From contig CAXXUK010000001.1 of the NCBI GenBank assembly GCA_963665125.2, positions 2,240,001-2,304,000 of the forward strand: a stretch of 64,000 bases of DNA. The letters run 5' to 3'. The notes beneath the pieces are model-generated. The model saw only the letters and a list, made by a program, of their open reading frames with translations. It was not told where the DNA came from and did not search any database. Shown here piece by piece: positions 1-9,062 of this stretch. The translations under genes and the position numbers were made by a program. This stretch comes from an uncultured Desulfarculus sp. (GTDB taxonomy: Bacteria; Desulfobacterota; Desulfarculia; Desulfarculales; Desulfarculaceae). Each line of letters opens with the position of its first letter. Within the stretch, counting starts at the first letter, position 1.

Positions 1-1
1 G

Positions 2-2461
2 GAGTTGAGCTTGGCCGGGGACGGCCGCCAGGCCCTGGACCTGTTGGAAGAGGCGGCCGAGTTGCATGCCGCCCTGCCCGGTCTGGACGAGGCCCGGCAG
101 AGGGCCCAGCACGTTGCCGAACGTCAGGCCCCGCCGCCCGCGCCAGCCGCCGGCACCAGGGTCGTGGCTCCATCGGACATGGCCTCGGCAAGGACCATGG
201 TGGTTTCCCCGCCGCCCGAGCCGCCAGCGGGGCCCAAGACCACGCCGCCGGTGGCACCGCCGCCCCCGCCGCTCGAGCCGCCAGCGGATTCGGCCCCCGC
301 GCCGGAACCCCAGCCCCGGCCCGAAGCCCAGGCGCCGCCTGAGGCAAAAGCGGCAAAGACACAGGACGGTTCCTTTACCAAGTTCATAACCCTGGCCGTG
401 GTGGGCTTCCTGGCCCTGGCCGTGGGAGCTGCCGGTTTGTTCTGGTCACTTAAATCCGAACCCGGCGGCCAGACGGCCACACCCACCGCCGCCGCCACGG
501 CGGATGTCGGTCAGCAACAGGACCAGGCCGCCGAGCATGTGCGCCAGGCCCAACAACTATTACAGCAGGGCCGCCAGGACCAGGCCGCCCAGGAATTCCG
601 CTCCGCGCTTTCCCTGGACCCCAACAACGCCCAGGCCCTTGACGGCCTGCAACGGATAGCCAAACAACAAAACAAGCCTGGAGACGCCTCCGAGGCCTCC
701 AAGCTGGTGTTACAGGGCCGCGATCTGCTGGCCCAGGACAAACTGGATCAGGCCGAGGAATTTTTCCGCAAGGCCCTCAAGGCCGACCTCAACAATTCCG
801 ACGCCAAGCACGCCATGCAGGTCCTGGCCAAGCGGCGTCAGGTCATCGAAAACCTCGAGCAGGAAAAACGGCTAAAGCAGCAAAAACATCAGCAAGCCAA
901 GGAAAAGCTGCGCCAGGGCCAACAGATGTTGACCAACGACCAGCTTGACCAAGCCGAAGCGGCCCTGCGCCAGGCCCTGGAGCTTGACCCCGGCCTGGAG
1001 CAGGCCAAACAGGAGCTTGACAAGGTGGCCCAGCGCCGCGTGACCCTGGCCGAGGACCAGCGCAAGGCCCAGGAAAAAGCCAAAGAGGATCAGCGCAGGG
1101 CCGATGAAGAGCAGCGTAAGGCCCAGATCAGGGCCAAGCTCGAGCAAACGCTCAAACAGGCCAACGACTTTTTGCGCCTGAACGAACTGGACATGGCCAA
1201 GCAGGCCTTTGAATATGCCAAGACCCTTGATCCGGCCTCGGTGGAGGCATCGGACGGCCTGCGCGCGGTAGAGGCCCGGCGGGCGGCCCAGCAGGAGCAA
1301 CAACAAAAACAGACGGCAAGGGATGAGACGGCAAGGGGCCGAGGTTTGCTGGCCAATGATCAACTCGACCAGGCCGAGGATGCCTTCAAGCGGGCTCTGG
1401 CCGCGGTGCAGGACTGGCCAGAGGCCAAGCAGGGCCTCAGCGACGTGGCCCAAAGACGCAATGAGTTGCGCACCAAGAGCATGACTCCCGCCAAAAAGAA
1501 GGAGCGGGCGGGCAAGATAGTGGACCTGGCAAGGACGCTGATCAAAAACAGCCACTTTGACCGGGCTCTAAGCGTACTCCAGGAAGCGGCCAAGCTGGAC
1601 CCGGACAATGAGGACGCCCAGCGCTGGATCGTCTACACCAACCAGCGGCGGACCGAAATCAGCCAGGGCAAACAACCGGCCGATCTGGAGCAGATGCGCA
1701 AGCTTTCGGTCAGCGAGGCGGCCAAGGCGGCCAAACTGCTGCGCCAGGGCGACAGGGCTGAGGCCAAGCGCCTGTTTGCCCAGGCCCTGGAGCATTTTCC
1801 GGACAACACAATCGCCCAAAAAGGCCTGGCCATGGCCAGCGGGCCAGCGCCCCGGCCGACAGCCAAGCCCGAGGTCAAGGGCCCATCAAAGGATACGCGC
1901 CTGGCCGCCCAGCAGTCCTACAGCCAGGGCATCCAGCAGTTCAACAAACAGCAATACGGCCGGGCAGCCAACCTGTTCAAGGAATACCTGAACGTCTACC
2001 CCAATGACGCCACGGCCCGCAAAAACCTGGCCCTGGCTGAAAAAATGGCCACTGAGTCCCAATTCGGAACCCTGGTCGTGAACAGCAGCCCGTCGGGAGA
2101 TGTCTTCCTGGACGGCAGGGCCGTGGGCAAAACACCGCTTACCATTGATCAAGTGTCCGTGGGCTCCCATCAGGTGGAGATCCGGGCCTATGGCGGAGCC
2201 AGCAGCCGCAGCTTCAATATCAGCGGCCGCACTGAAACCAGCGTGAAGCTGGAGCTGTTTGGCGGCACCCTGCAAGTGGATGCGCTGAGCCGGGCCCAGG
2301 TCTGGTTCCAGAACCGCCAAGTCGGCTACACACCCATCGTGTTCAACAACATGCCCCTGGGCCCCCGTGAGGTCGAACTCCGCTGGCCCGGTGGAGACAC
2401 CCGCAAATACAACGTGACCCTGTACAAGGGCCGCACTTCACACATTCGCGGCACCCAATAA
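2..2461 (+). CDS. 5'-truncated membrane-anchored TPR/coiled-coil protein with two C-terminal PEGA domains (possibly the C-terminal part of a Ser/Thr kinase-like protein)
   Basis: Frame is open to the window edge. Pro-rich linker, TM helix (FITLAVVGFLALAVGAAGLFW), repeated TPR motifs (A..A...AL.LDP.N..A..GL), and PEGA signature GTLVVNSSPSGDVFLDGRAVGKTPLTI...GSHQVEI. Confidence 0.8.
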   Translation, partial: ELSLAGDGRQALDLLEEAAELHAALPGLDEARQRAQHVAERQAPPPAPAAGTRVVAPSDMASARTMVVSPPPEPPAGPKTTPPVAPPPPPLEPPADSAPAPEPQPRPEAQAPPEAKAAKTQDGSFTKFITLAVVGFLALAVGAAGLFWSLKSEPGGQTATPTAAATADVGQQQDQAAEHVRQAQQLLQQGRQDQAAQEFRSALSLDPNNAQALDGLQRIAKQQNKPGDASEASKLVLQGRDLLAQDKLDQAEEFFRKALKADLNNSDAKHAMQVLAKRRQVIENLEQEKRLKQQKHQQAKEKLRQGQQMLTNDQLDQAEAALRQALELDPGLEQAKQELDKVAQRRVTLAEDQRKAQEKAKEDQRRADEEQRKAQIRAKLEQTLKQANDFLRLNELDMAKQAFEYAKTLDPASVEASDGLRAVEARRAAQQEQQQKQTARDETARGRGLLANDQLDQAEDAFKRALAAVQDWPEAKQGLSDVAQRRNELRTKSMTPAKKKERAGKIVDLARTLIKNSHFDRALSVLQEAAKLDPDNEDAQRWIVYTNQRRTEISQGKQPADLEQMRKLSVSEAAKAAKLLRQGDRAEAKRLFAQALEHFPDNTIAQKGLAMASGPAPRPTAKPEVKGPSKDTRLAAQQSYSQGIQQFNKQQYGRAANLFKEYLNVYPNDATARKNLALAEKMATESQFGTLVVNSSPSGDVFLDGRAVGKTPLTIDQVSVGSHQVEIRAYGGASSRSFNISGRTETSVKLELFGGTLQVDALSRAQVWFQNRQVGYTPIVFNNMPLGPREVELRWPGGDTRKYNVTLYKGRTSHIRGTQ

Positions 2462-2475
2462 CCATCAATCTCACC

Positions 2476-2524
2476 TTGCGCCCGCAACCTCAATTTTTCT
2501 ATGATTATTGAGGCGTTCAATCAT
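2476..2524 (+). promoter_or_regulatory. Candidate sigma70 promoter with overlapping inverted repeats (possible operator) for the 2549-7982 operon
   Basis: TTGCGC-N18-TATGAT (2476-2505); inverted repeats CCTCAAT-N12-ATTGAGG (2488-2513) and ATGATT-N12-AATCAT (2501-2524). Confidence 0.4.
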
Positions 2525-2548
2525 TTTGGTTGCAAAGGGCGGCATAGC

Positions 2549-3769
2549 ATGACCCATGGTCAAAACCAAACCTATCAGCGCATCCGCGAAGCCCTCCGGG
2601 GCAGCCGCCTGCCTGCGGCCTTGGTGGATATGGATGCCTTTGACCGCAACATCGCCTATGTGGCCCGTACCCAGACCAGGGGCAAAACAATCCGCGTGGC
2701 CAGCAAATCCATCCGCAGCGTTGATCTGCTCAGGCGCGTATTCGAAAAAGGCGGCGCGGCATTTCAGGGCGTTTTGGCCTTCACCGTGGAAGAGGCCGAC
2801 ATGCTGCGGCGAAACGGCTTTGACGACATCATCGTAGCCTATCCCTCGGTTCAGGCCTCGGACATGGATCTGCTGGTGAAGGCTGCTGCCGATGGCGGCA
2901 AGATCATTGCCATGGCCGACAGCCTGGACCATCTGGAAGCCATGGACGCCGCTGGCAGGGCCGCCGGTGTCGTGCTCAGCGCCTGTCTGGACATCGACAT
3001 GTCATACCGGCCCCTGGGCCTGGGCGCGGCGCATATCGGCGTGCGGCGCAGCCCCATCCGCAGCGTAGCCGATGTGGCCGAGTTGGGCCGCCGGGCTGCC
3101 GGGCTGGAGTACGTCAAGGTCGAAGCCGTAATGGGCTATGAGGCCCAGGTCGCCGGAGTGGGCGACGACGTGCCGGGCCATGCCCTCAAGAACAAGCTGC
3201 TGCGCCTGATCAAGGGCCGTTCCATGACCGAGCTGAGCATCCGCCGGGGCGAGGTGGTGGCCGCCCTCAAGGCCGCCGGGCTGCCCATCACCAGAGTAAA
3301 CGGCGGCGGCAGCGGCAGCCTCTACTCCACCGGGGCCGACGACTCGGTGACCGAGGTGGCTGCCGGGTCGGCCTTTTATTGCCCGGCCCTGTTCCGGCAC
3401 TACCACGAGGTCAAGTTCCACCCGGCGGCATATTTCGCCGTTCAGGTGGTGCGCAAACCCGCCGATGGAATCGTCACCTGCCTGGGCGGCGGCTACTGCG
3501 CCTCTGGTGCGGCCGGGCCGGACCGCCTGCCCGTGCCGGTGTTGCCCCGGGGCCTCAAGCTTTTGGGCCTGGAAGGCGCGGGCGAGGTCCAGACGCCCCT
3601 GGCCGTGCCCACCGGAGCCCCGGAGTTGCGCCTGGGCGACCCCGTACTCTTTCAGCACGCCAAGGCCGGTGAGCTGTGCGAGCGCTTCAACAGCCTGTTG
3701 CTGATCAAAGATTATAAAATTATCGGCGAGGCCCGGACCTATCGCGGCCAGGGTTTCGCCTTTCTATAA
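2549..3769 (+). CDS. Fold-type III PLP enzyme, amino acid deaminase/aldolase (D-threonine aldolase/DSD1/SphD-like)
   Basis: PAALVD..AFDRN, RVASKSIRS (PLP Lys), MGYEAQ, NGGGSGS, EVAAGSAF and HAKAGELCERF motifs. ATG at 2549 chosen. Confidence 0.85.
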   Translation: MTHGQNQTYQRIREALRGSRLPAALVDMDAFDRNIAYVARTQTRGKTIRVASKSIRSVDLLRRVFEKGGAAFQGVLAFTVEEADMLRRNGFDDIIVAYPSVQASDMDLLVKAAADGGKIIAMADSLDHLEAMDAAGRAAGVVLSACLDIDMSYRPLGLGAAHIGVRRSPIRSVADVAELGRRAAGLEYVKVEAVMGYEAQVAGVGDDVPGHALKNKLLRLIKGRSMTELSIRRGEVVAALKAAGLPITRVNGGGSGSLYSTGADDSVTEVAAGSAFYCPALFRHYHEVKFHPAAYFAVQVVRKPADGIVTCLGGGYCASGAAGPDRLPVPVLPRGLKLLGLEGAGEVQTPLAVPTGAPELRLGDPVLFQHAKAGELCERFNSLLLIKDYKIIGEARTYRGQGFAFL

Positions 3770-3811
3770 AACAAAAGCCGCCGGTGTTTGGCCGGTGGGG
3801 GGAGGATTGAT

Positions 3812-5227
3812 TTGTCCTCAAACAAATCCATCCATGATTTCATTGTCATCGGCTCCGGGGTCTCCGGATCTTTCATGGCCGATGAACTCTGCCTGGCCGG
3901 GCTGGACTGCCTGATGCTCGAGGCGGGCCGGGCCTACAGCCGGGCCGAGTATCCCGTCACGGACGTGGACGGCACGTCCCAGCTATATTGGGCCGGCGGC
4001 CTGGAGCTTACCTCGGACGCCCGCCTGGGCTGTCTGCGGCCCAAGGTCGTAGGCGGCGGCTCGGTGGTCAACCAGGCTCTCTTGGACCGCTTCGACGACA
4101 CGGCCTGGGATTTGTGGCGCTCCCAAAAGGGCGTCGAGTTTTTCAACGCCGCCGACATGGCCCAGTGGTATGACGCAGCAGAGGCAGAGTTGTCGATCCA
4201 GTACATCCCCGAAAGCGCCCGCAACCGCAACGCCCTGATCTTTGAGGAGGGCTTTGCCAAGATGGGCTACAAATGCGCGCCCCTGCGCCGGGGCCAATCC
4301 GACTGCGACTACGAGGGCGGCAACGACTGCATCGCCTGCCTCAACGGCTGCCGCCGGGGTTCCAAGCAGTCAATGCCCGAAACGGTGCTCAAAAAAGCCC
4401 TGGCCGCCGGACTCAAGCTGGAGACCCGCTTCGAGGCCCTGGAAATCGCCAAGGCCCAGGACCACTACCTGGTCAAGGGCCTGGACCAAAGCCGCCGCCC
4501 GGCCGTGCGCAAGGGCCGCCGCCTGGTGCTGGCCTGCGGGGCCATCGGCAACTCCAAGCTGCTGCTTGCCTCGGGCTTCGGCCCCAAGAACGGCCTGCCC
4601 GCCTTGGGCCACGGGTTTTATTGCCACCCCCAATACAACAACTACGGCGTGTACGACGAGCCGGTCAACTCCCACAAGGGGCCGTTCCAGTCGTTCAAGT
4701 CCGACGATCCCGGTTTCCGCCAGGCCGGGTTCAAGCTGGAAAACGTCTATGCCCCGCCGCCGGCCCTGGCCCTGCTGCTCCCCGGCGCTGGTTCAAAGCA
4801 TCAGCAGATCATGCAGACCCTGCCCTATTTCGCCTCCATCGAGGTCTGCACCCAGGACACCAATCCCGGCCGCATCAAGCTGGGCCGGGGCGGCAAGCTG
4901 GTGATCCAGAAAAAGGCCAACGAGGAAGACAAAAGCCGCCGCAAGGCCGGTGAGGAGGCCGTAAACAACATCTTCACGGCCACGGGGGCCAAGAAGATAT
5001 ACAACTGCCCGTCGGCCTATGCCCTGCACCTGATGGGCGGCCTGAGCCTAGGCCTGGACCCGTCCGATTCCTGCGTCAGCCCGGACTTCAGCCTGCACGG
5101 TCACAGGGATCTGTTCGCCGCCGACAGCAGCGTCTTTCCGTCCGCGCCGGGCATCAACCCCTCGCTGACGATCATGGCCCTGTCCAAAATGGCTGCGCAA
5201 AAAATCCTGGGGGAGGCTAACCGATGA
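3812..5227 (+). CDS. GMC-family FAD oxidoreductase (long-chain alcohol oxidase-like)
   Basis: DFIVIGSGVSG dinucleotide fold, VGGGSVVN, C..C..GC, HLMGG and DSSVFPSAPGINPSLTIMAL. TTG start after GGAGG. Confidence 0.88.
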   Translation: MSSNKSIHDFIVIGSGVSGSFMADELCLAGLDCLMLEAGRAYSRAEYPVTDVDGTSQLYWAGGLELTSDARLGCLRPKVVGGGSVVNQALLDRFDDTAWDLWRSQKGVEFFNAADMAQWYDAAEAELSIQYIPESARNRNALIFEEGFAKMGYKCAPLRRGQSDCDYEGGNDCIACLNGCRRGSKQSMPETVLKKALAAGLKLETRFEALEIAKAQDHYLVKGLDQSRRPAVRKGRRLVLACGAIGNSKLLLASGFGPKNGLPALGHGFYCHPQYNNYGVYDEPVNSHKGPFQSFKSDDPGFRQAGFKLENVYAPPPALALLLPGAGSKHQQIMQTLPYFASIEVCTQDTNPGRIKLGRGGKLVIQKKANEEDKSRRKAGEEAVNNIFTATGAKKIYNCPSAYALHLMGGLSLGLDPSDSCVSPDFSLHGHRDLFAADSSVFPSAPGINPSLTIMALSKMAAQKILGEANR

Positions 5228-7170
5228 TCACCAGCAAATACCTGAGCCGCAAACAGATGAAAGGCCTGATCCACACCGGCGACGCCTTGCTGCCGGGCAG
5301 CGGCCAATTGCCTTCGTTCTCCCAGACCGGCTGCTGGAGGCACATCGACCGCCAGGCGGCCTTTCTGAGCCCCGACGACCTGGCCGGCCTGCAAATGGCC
5401 TTGGGCGCCTTCCGCTTTTTGCCCAAGGCCGTGGTCCGGGGCCTGATCAACCTGGCCAGCAAGTTCCACGACGCGCCGGGGCCTTTGGGCATGGGCTTTC
5501 GCATGCTGGAGATCGGCATCAAGGGCGCGGTGATGAGCCTGTATTACTCGGATCTGCACGCCGAGGACTACAGAGGCCCCACGGTCTTCGAGGGCATCGG
5601 CTGGGACGCCCATGTGGAGTTGGTTGACGACGGCCTGGCCCCGGAGCAAAAGCCGGTGAACCTGGTTGATCCCACGCCGGAAGACATCGCGGCCATGTAC
5701 GAGCTCGCCCGCAAGGCGCAGCCGGAAATCGCCGCGCTTAACATCGCCAAGCGGGTGGAATACATCGCCAACCTGCGGGGCATCATCATCCAGCGCCGCC
5801 AGGAGATCGTCGAGGCCATCATGGCCGACAGCAACAAGAGCCAGACCGACATCATCACCTCCGATGTGTTCGGGGCCCTGGACCACCTGGCCTATCTGGA
5901 GAAAAACGCGGCCAAGTTTCTGGGGGACAAGAAGGTGCCCACGCCCATGGCCTTGATGGGCAAAAAATCCCGGATATACTTCGAGCCCCTGGGTACGGTG
6001 TTGATGATCTCGCCCTGGAACTACCCGTTCTATCAGGCCGTAGTGCCCATCAGCACCAGCTTTCTCTGCGGCAACGCCTCCATCTACAAGCCTTCAATGG
6101 CCACGCCCTTGAAGGGCCTGGTGGAGAGCTTGCTGGCCGAGGCTGGCTTTGACCCCGGCTGGGTGCATATCGTCTACGGCTCTGGCTCCAAGGTGGGCGA
6201 CGCCCTGTTCGAGCCCAGGCCGGACAAGGTTTTTTTCATAGGCTCTACGGCCACGGGCAAGCGCATCATGCACATTTGCGCCGAAAAATTGATCCCCTGC
6301 GAACTGGAAATGGGCGGCAAGGACCCCATGATCGTGTTCGAGGACTGCGACCTGCACCGGGCGGCGGCCGGGGCCCTTTGGGGCGCCATGACCACCACGG
6401 GCCAGAGTTGCACCTCGGTGGAGCGTCTGTTTGTCCACGAAAGTATCTATGATCAGTTCAAGTCCATCCTGGTTCGCGAGGCCGAGAGCCTCAGGCAGGG
6501 CATCGACCACGAAGGCGACCTGGACATCGGGCCCATGTGCACCACCGAGCAGGTGCAGGTCATCGCCCGGCAGGTGGCCCAGGCCCAAAAATTGGGCGCG
6601 GTGTTTCTCACCGGCGGCGGCTGGGACGGCCAAGACCCGGCCATACCGCCGATGATCGTCGAGGGCGTTACCCCGGATATGGAACTATACGAAGAGGAAT
6701 CATTCGGGCCGGTGTTGCCCATCTTCCCCTTTGCCGATGAGGCCGAGGCCATCGACCTGGCCAACCAGGGGCCCTACGGCCTTTCGGCCAGCGTGTGGTC
6801 CCATGACCTCAAGCGGGCCGACCGGGTGGCCCGGGCCATTGTCACCGGCAATGTGTCCATCAACAATGTCATGCTCACCGAAGGCAACCACAACCTGCCT
6901 TTCGGCGGGGCCAAGCAAAGCGGCATCGGCCGTTACAAGGGCGAATGGGGATTCCACTGCTTCAGCAACATCAAGAGCATCCTGGAGGACAAGGACAGCT
7001 CGAAGCTGGAGGCCAACTGGTTCCCTTATGACCATAAAAAGTATGAACTGTTCTCCATGTTAACCCAAAACATGTATTCCGACGGCCTGTTGAGCCTGGT
7101 CAAGGGCGCGCTCACGGGCATGAAGTTGGAATCATACGTTGGAAAGGTGGCCAAACGGCGCCGAAAATGA
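5224..7170 (+). CDS. Aldehyde dehydrogenase with an extra ~140-aa N-terminal domain
   Basis: ISPWNYPF, FIGST.TGK, ELEMGGKDP (catalytic Glu), GQSCTSVER (catalytic Cys), EESFGPVLP and PFGGAKQSGIGR. ATGA overlap with the GMC gene. Confidence 0.9.
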   Translation: MITSKYLSRKQMKGLIHTGDALLPGSGQLPSFSQTGCWRHIDRQAAFLSPDDLAGLQMALGAFRFLPKAVVRGLINLASKFHDAPGPLGMGFRMLEIGIKGAVMSLYYSDLHAEDYRGPTVFEGIGWDAHVELVDDGLAPEQKPVNLVDPTPEDIAAMYELARKAQPEIAALNIAKRVEYIANLRGIIIQRRQEIVEAIMADSNKSQTDIITSDVFGALDHLAYLEKNAAKFLGDKKVPTPMALMGKKSRIYFEPLGTVLMISPWNYPFYQAVVPISTSFLCGNASIYKPSMATPLKGLVESLLAEAGFDPGWVHIVYGSGSKVGDALFEPRPDKVFFIGSTATGKRIMHICAEKLIPCELEMGGKDPMIVFEDCDLHRAAAGALWGAMTTTGQSCTSVERLFVHESIYDQFKSILVREAESLRQGIDHEGDLDIGPMCTTEQVQVIARQVAQAQKLGAVFLTGGGWDGQDPAIPPMIVEGVTPDMELYEEESFGPVLPIFPFADEAEAIDLANQGPYGLSASVWSHDLKRADRVARAIVTGNVSINNVMLTEGNHNLPFGGAKQSGIGRYKGEWGFHCFSNIKSILEDKDSSKLEANWFPYDHKKYELFSMLTQNMYSDGLLSLVKGALTGMKLESYVGKVAKRRRK

Positions 7171-7982
7171 TGAACTACAAAGGCCAGACAGCATTCATAG
7201 TCGGCGGCTCCAGCGGAATCGGCTTGGCGGCGGCCCGGATTTTGGCTGCGGGAGGGGCCACGGTGGCTCTGTTCGCCAGGGACGAAAAAAAGCTCGCGGA
7301 CGCTCGCTGGGAGGTTCGTAACGCCGCCTCCGGCTATGGCGGGGTTTACGCCTGGTCCATGGACGCCTCGGACTACCAGGCCGTTGAGCAATGCTTGGGC
7401 CGGGCCATGGAGGAGCTTGGCCCGCCAAGCTGGCTGATAAACTGCGCCGGAAGGGCCATCCCCATGGCCTTTGGCGACATTCCAGTGGAGCAACTGGAGC
7501 AAACACTGCGCCAGAATCTGCACACGGCCTGGAACACGTGCAAATACATTGTCCCGTTCATGAAGCATGGCGGGCGCATAGTAAACGTGTCGTCGGTGGC
7601 CGGTTTTATCGGCGTTTACGGATATACGGACTATTGCGCATCCAAATTTGCCGTGCTTGGCTTTTCCGAGGCCTTGCGCGGTGAACTAAAGCCCAAAGGC
7701 ATCAGCGTCAGTTGCCTCTGCCCGCCGGACACCGATACGCCGGCACTGGCCGAGGAGAACAAGACCAAGCCGCCCGAGACCAGGGCCATCAGCGGTCAGG
7801 CCGGGCTCATGAAGCCCGATGACGTTGCCGAGGCCATGCTGGCCGGCGCGTCCAAAGGCGCTTTTCTGATTACGCCGGGGCCCGAAGCCCGCAAGGCCTA
7901 CTGGGTCAAGAGGATCATCCCCGGCATGGCCATGAAGATAATGGATTCCATCATCCAAAAAGCCCGTACAAAGCCAAGTTAG
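7167..7982 (+). CDS. SDR oxidoreductase, 3-ketodihydrosphingosine reductase (KDSR/TSC10)-like
   Basis: GGSSGIG, NCAG, YCASK and the KDSR-type PPDTDTP.LAEENKTKPPET motif. ATGA overlap with the ALDH gene. Confidence 0.85.
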   Translation: MMNYKGQTAFIVGGSSGIGLAAARILAAGGATVALFARDEKKLADARWEVRNAASGYGGVYAWSMDASDYQAVEQCLGRAMEELGPPSWLINCAGRAIPMAFGDIPVEQLEQTLRQNLHTAWNTCKYIVPFMKHGGRIVNVSSVAGFIGVYGYTDYCASKFAVLGFSEALRGELKPKGISVSCLCPPDTDTPALAEENKTKPPETRAISGQAGLMKPDDVAEAMLAGASKGAFLITPGPEARKAYWVKRIIPGMAMKIMDSIIQKARTKPS

Positions 7983-8011
7983 CCCGTAACCATTGGTAGT
8001 TTAGCCAAACC

Positions 8012-8046
8012 ATAGCCCGCCGTCCCCCCGGCGGGCTATTCTCGTT
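8012..8046 (+). terminator. Hairpin / likely intrinsic terminator after the operon
   Basis: ATAGCCCGCCG-N6-CGGCGGGCTAT followed by TCTCGTT; the U-tract is weak. Confidence 0.55.
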
Positions 8047-8539
8047 TAGTCGATCATCACCTGCCGAACTCGTTCCATGTAAGTAATCCATCACCTGAAT
8101 TGTCATATAGCCATGGTCGGTTGGCGCCAAAGAGTGTTTACCGGTTTCCCGGCGCAACTCTGTCTTGAAAACCGGTATCCAAATCAGATTATTTTAATTT
8201 AGTGTATAAGTTAGAAAACTAATATTTTATTTATAACACTTTATTTTAGCAAATTTGGTTGCCTTATTGGGTTGTTTTCGCCAAATTATAACCAAGTTAT
8301 TAATATTTTTGTGCACTCAGATGCCTTTTAATTTTTTTCACCGATCTGGCTATTTTTTTGTTTTTATTAATGTTTTTCATTTACATAGCTTTAGGAGTAT
8401 TTTGTTTTAGTGCATAGCATGCCGATAACTATTGACTAGATCTAATTTTTTCTGATATTTTTCAATCAATTAACCCTTACGGGCATTACCGCTGGTTCTG
8501 CCCCCCGGCCTGAAACAATCCGTATGGAGGAAACAAAAC

Positions 8540-9010
8540 ATGCCTCTCCACCGCCTGTTTATTGCAATACTCGCGATGGTCATGGCACTGAGCCTTGCAG
8601 CCTGCAATAGCGACAGTGACAGCGGCGGTAGCACAAGCACGACCGCCACAGAAGCCACAGCAACACCATCTGCCGCAGCGACTGCGGTGAGCTACTCGGC
8701 CGCTGACTTTGCCGGAGTGTGGCAAAACTTCAAAGCCACTCACGATGACTACACGCACACCGGCACCATCACCCTGGACGGCAATGGCAGGGCCGTTTTC
8801 ATTTCCATGCCGACTGTTCCCAAGGAGGCCATCCTGGGCCAGTTGCATGTGACTTCGGCCGGCGCCGTTACCGGCGAGATGAGTATTCTTTTGACCTTTA
8901 ACGATGAGAGTGAATGGTGGTCGGAAGGTTCGGTCACCGGCGGTTTCCGCAGCAAGACCCAGCTGCACCTCAACCTTGGCCGCGAACGGCTCTTGGAACT
9001 GAGCAAATAA
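8540..9010 (+). CDS. Lipoprotein of unknown function
   Basis: GGAGG RBS, signal peptide with lipobox LAAC, Ser/Thr/Ala linker, small beta-rich domain. Confidence 0.75.
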   Translation: MPLHRLFIAILAMVMALSLAACNSDSDSGGSTSTTATEATATPSAAATAVSYSAADFAGVWQNFKATHDDYTHTGTITLDGNGRAVFISMPTVPKEAILGQLHVTSAGAVTGEMSILLTFNDESEWWSEGSVTGGFRSKTQLHLNLGRERLLELSK

Positions 9011-9024
9011 ATCTCACATCACCC

Positions 9025-9062
9025 AAAAAACCGAGCCGCCCTCCGGGGCGGTTTGGTTTTTT
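9025..9062. terminator. Bidirectional intrinsic terminator
   Basis: AAAAAACCGAGCCGCCC-TCC-GGGGCGGTTTGGTTTTTT. Confidence 0.75.

Noticed and set aside
8421..8428. sigma28 promoter
   Set aside because: The -10 GCCGATAA is perfect but there is no TAAA-type -35 at the correct spacing, so it is not listed as a feature.
8470..8530. c-di-GMP-I riboswitch upstream of the lipoprotein (CCCCGGCCTGAA resembles part of P2)
   Set aside because: The GCAAA/GNRA-loop P1 elements are absent, so the match is too partial.
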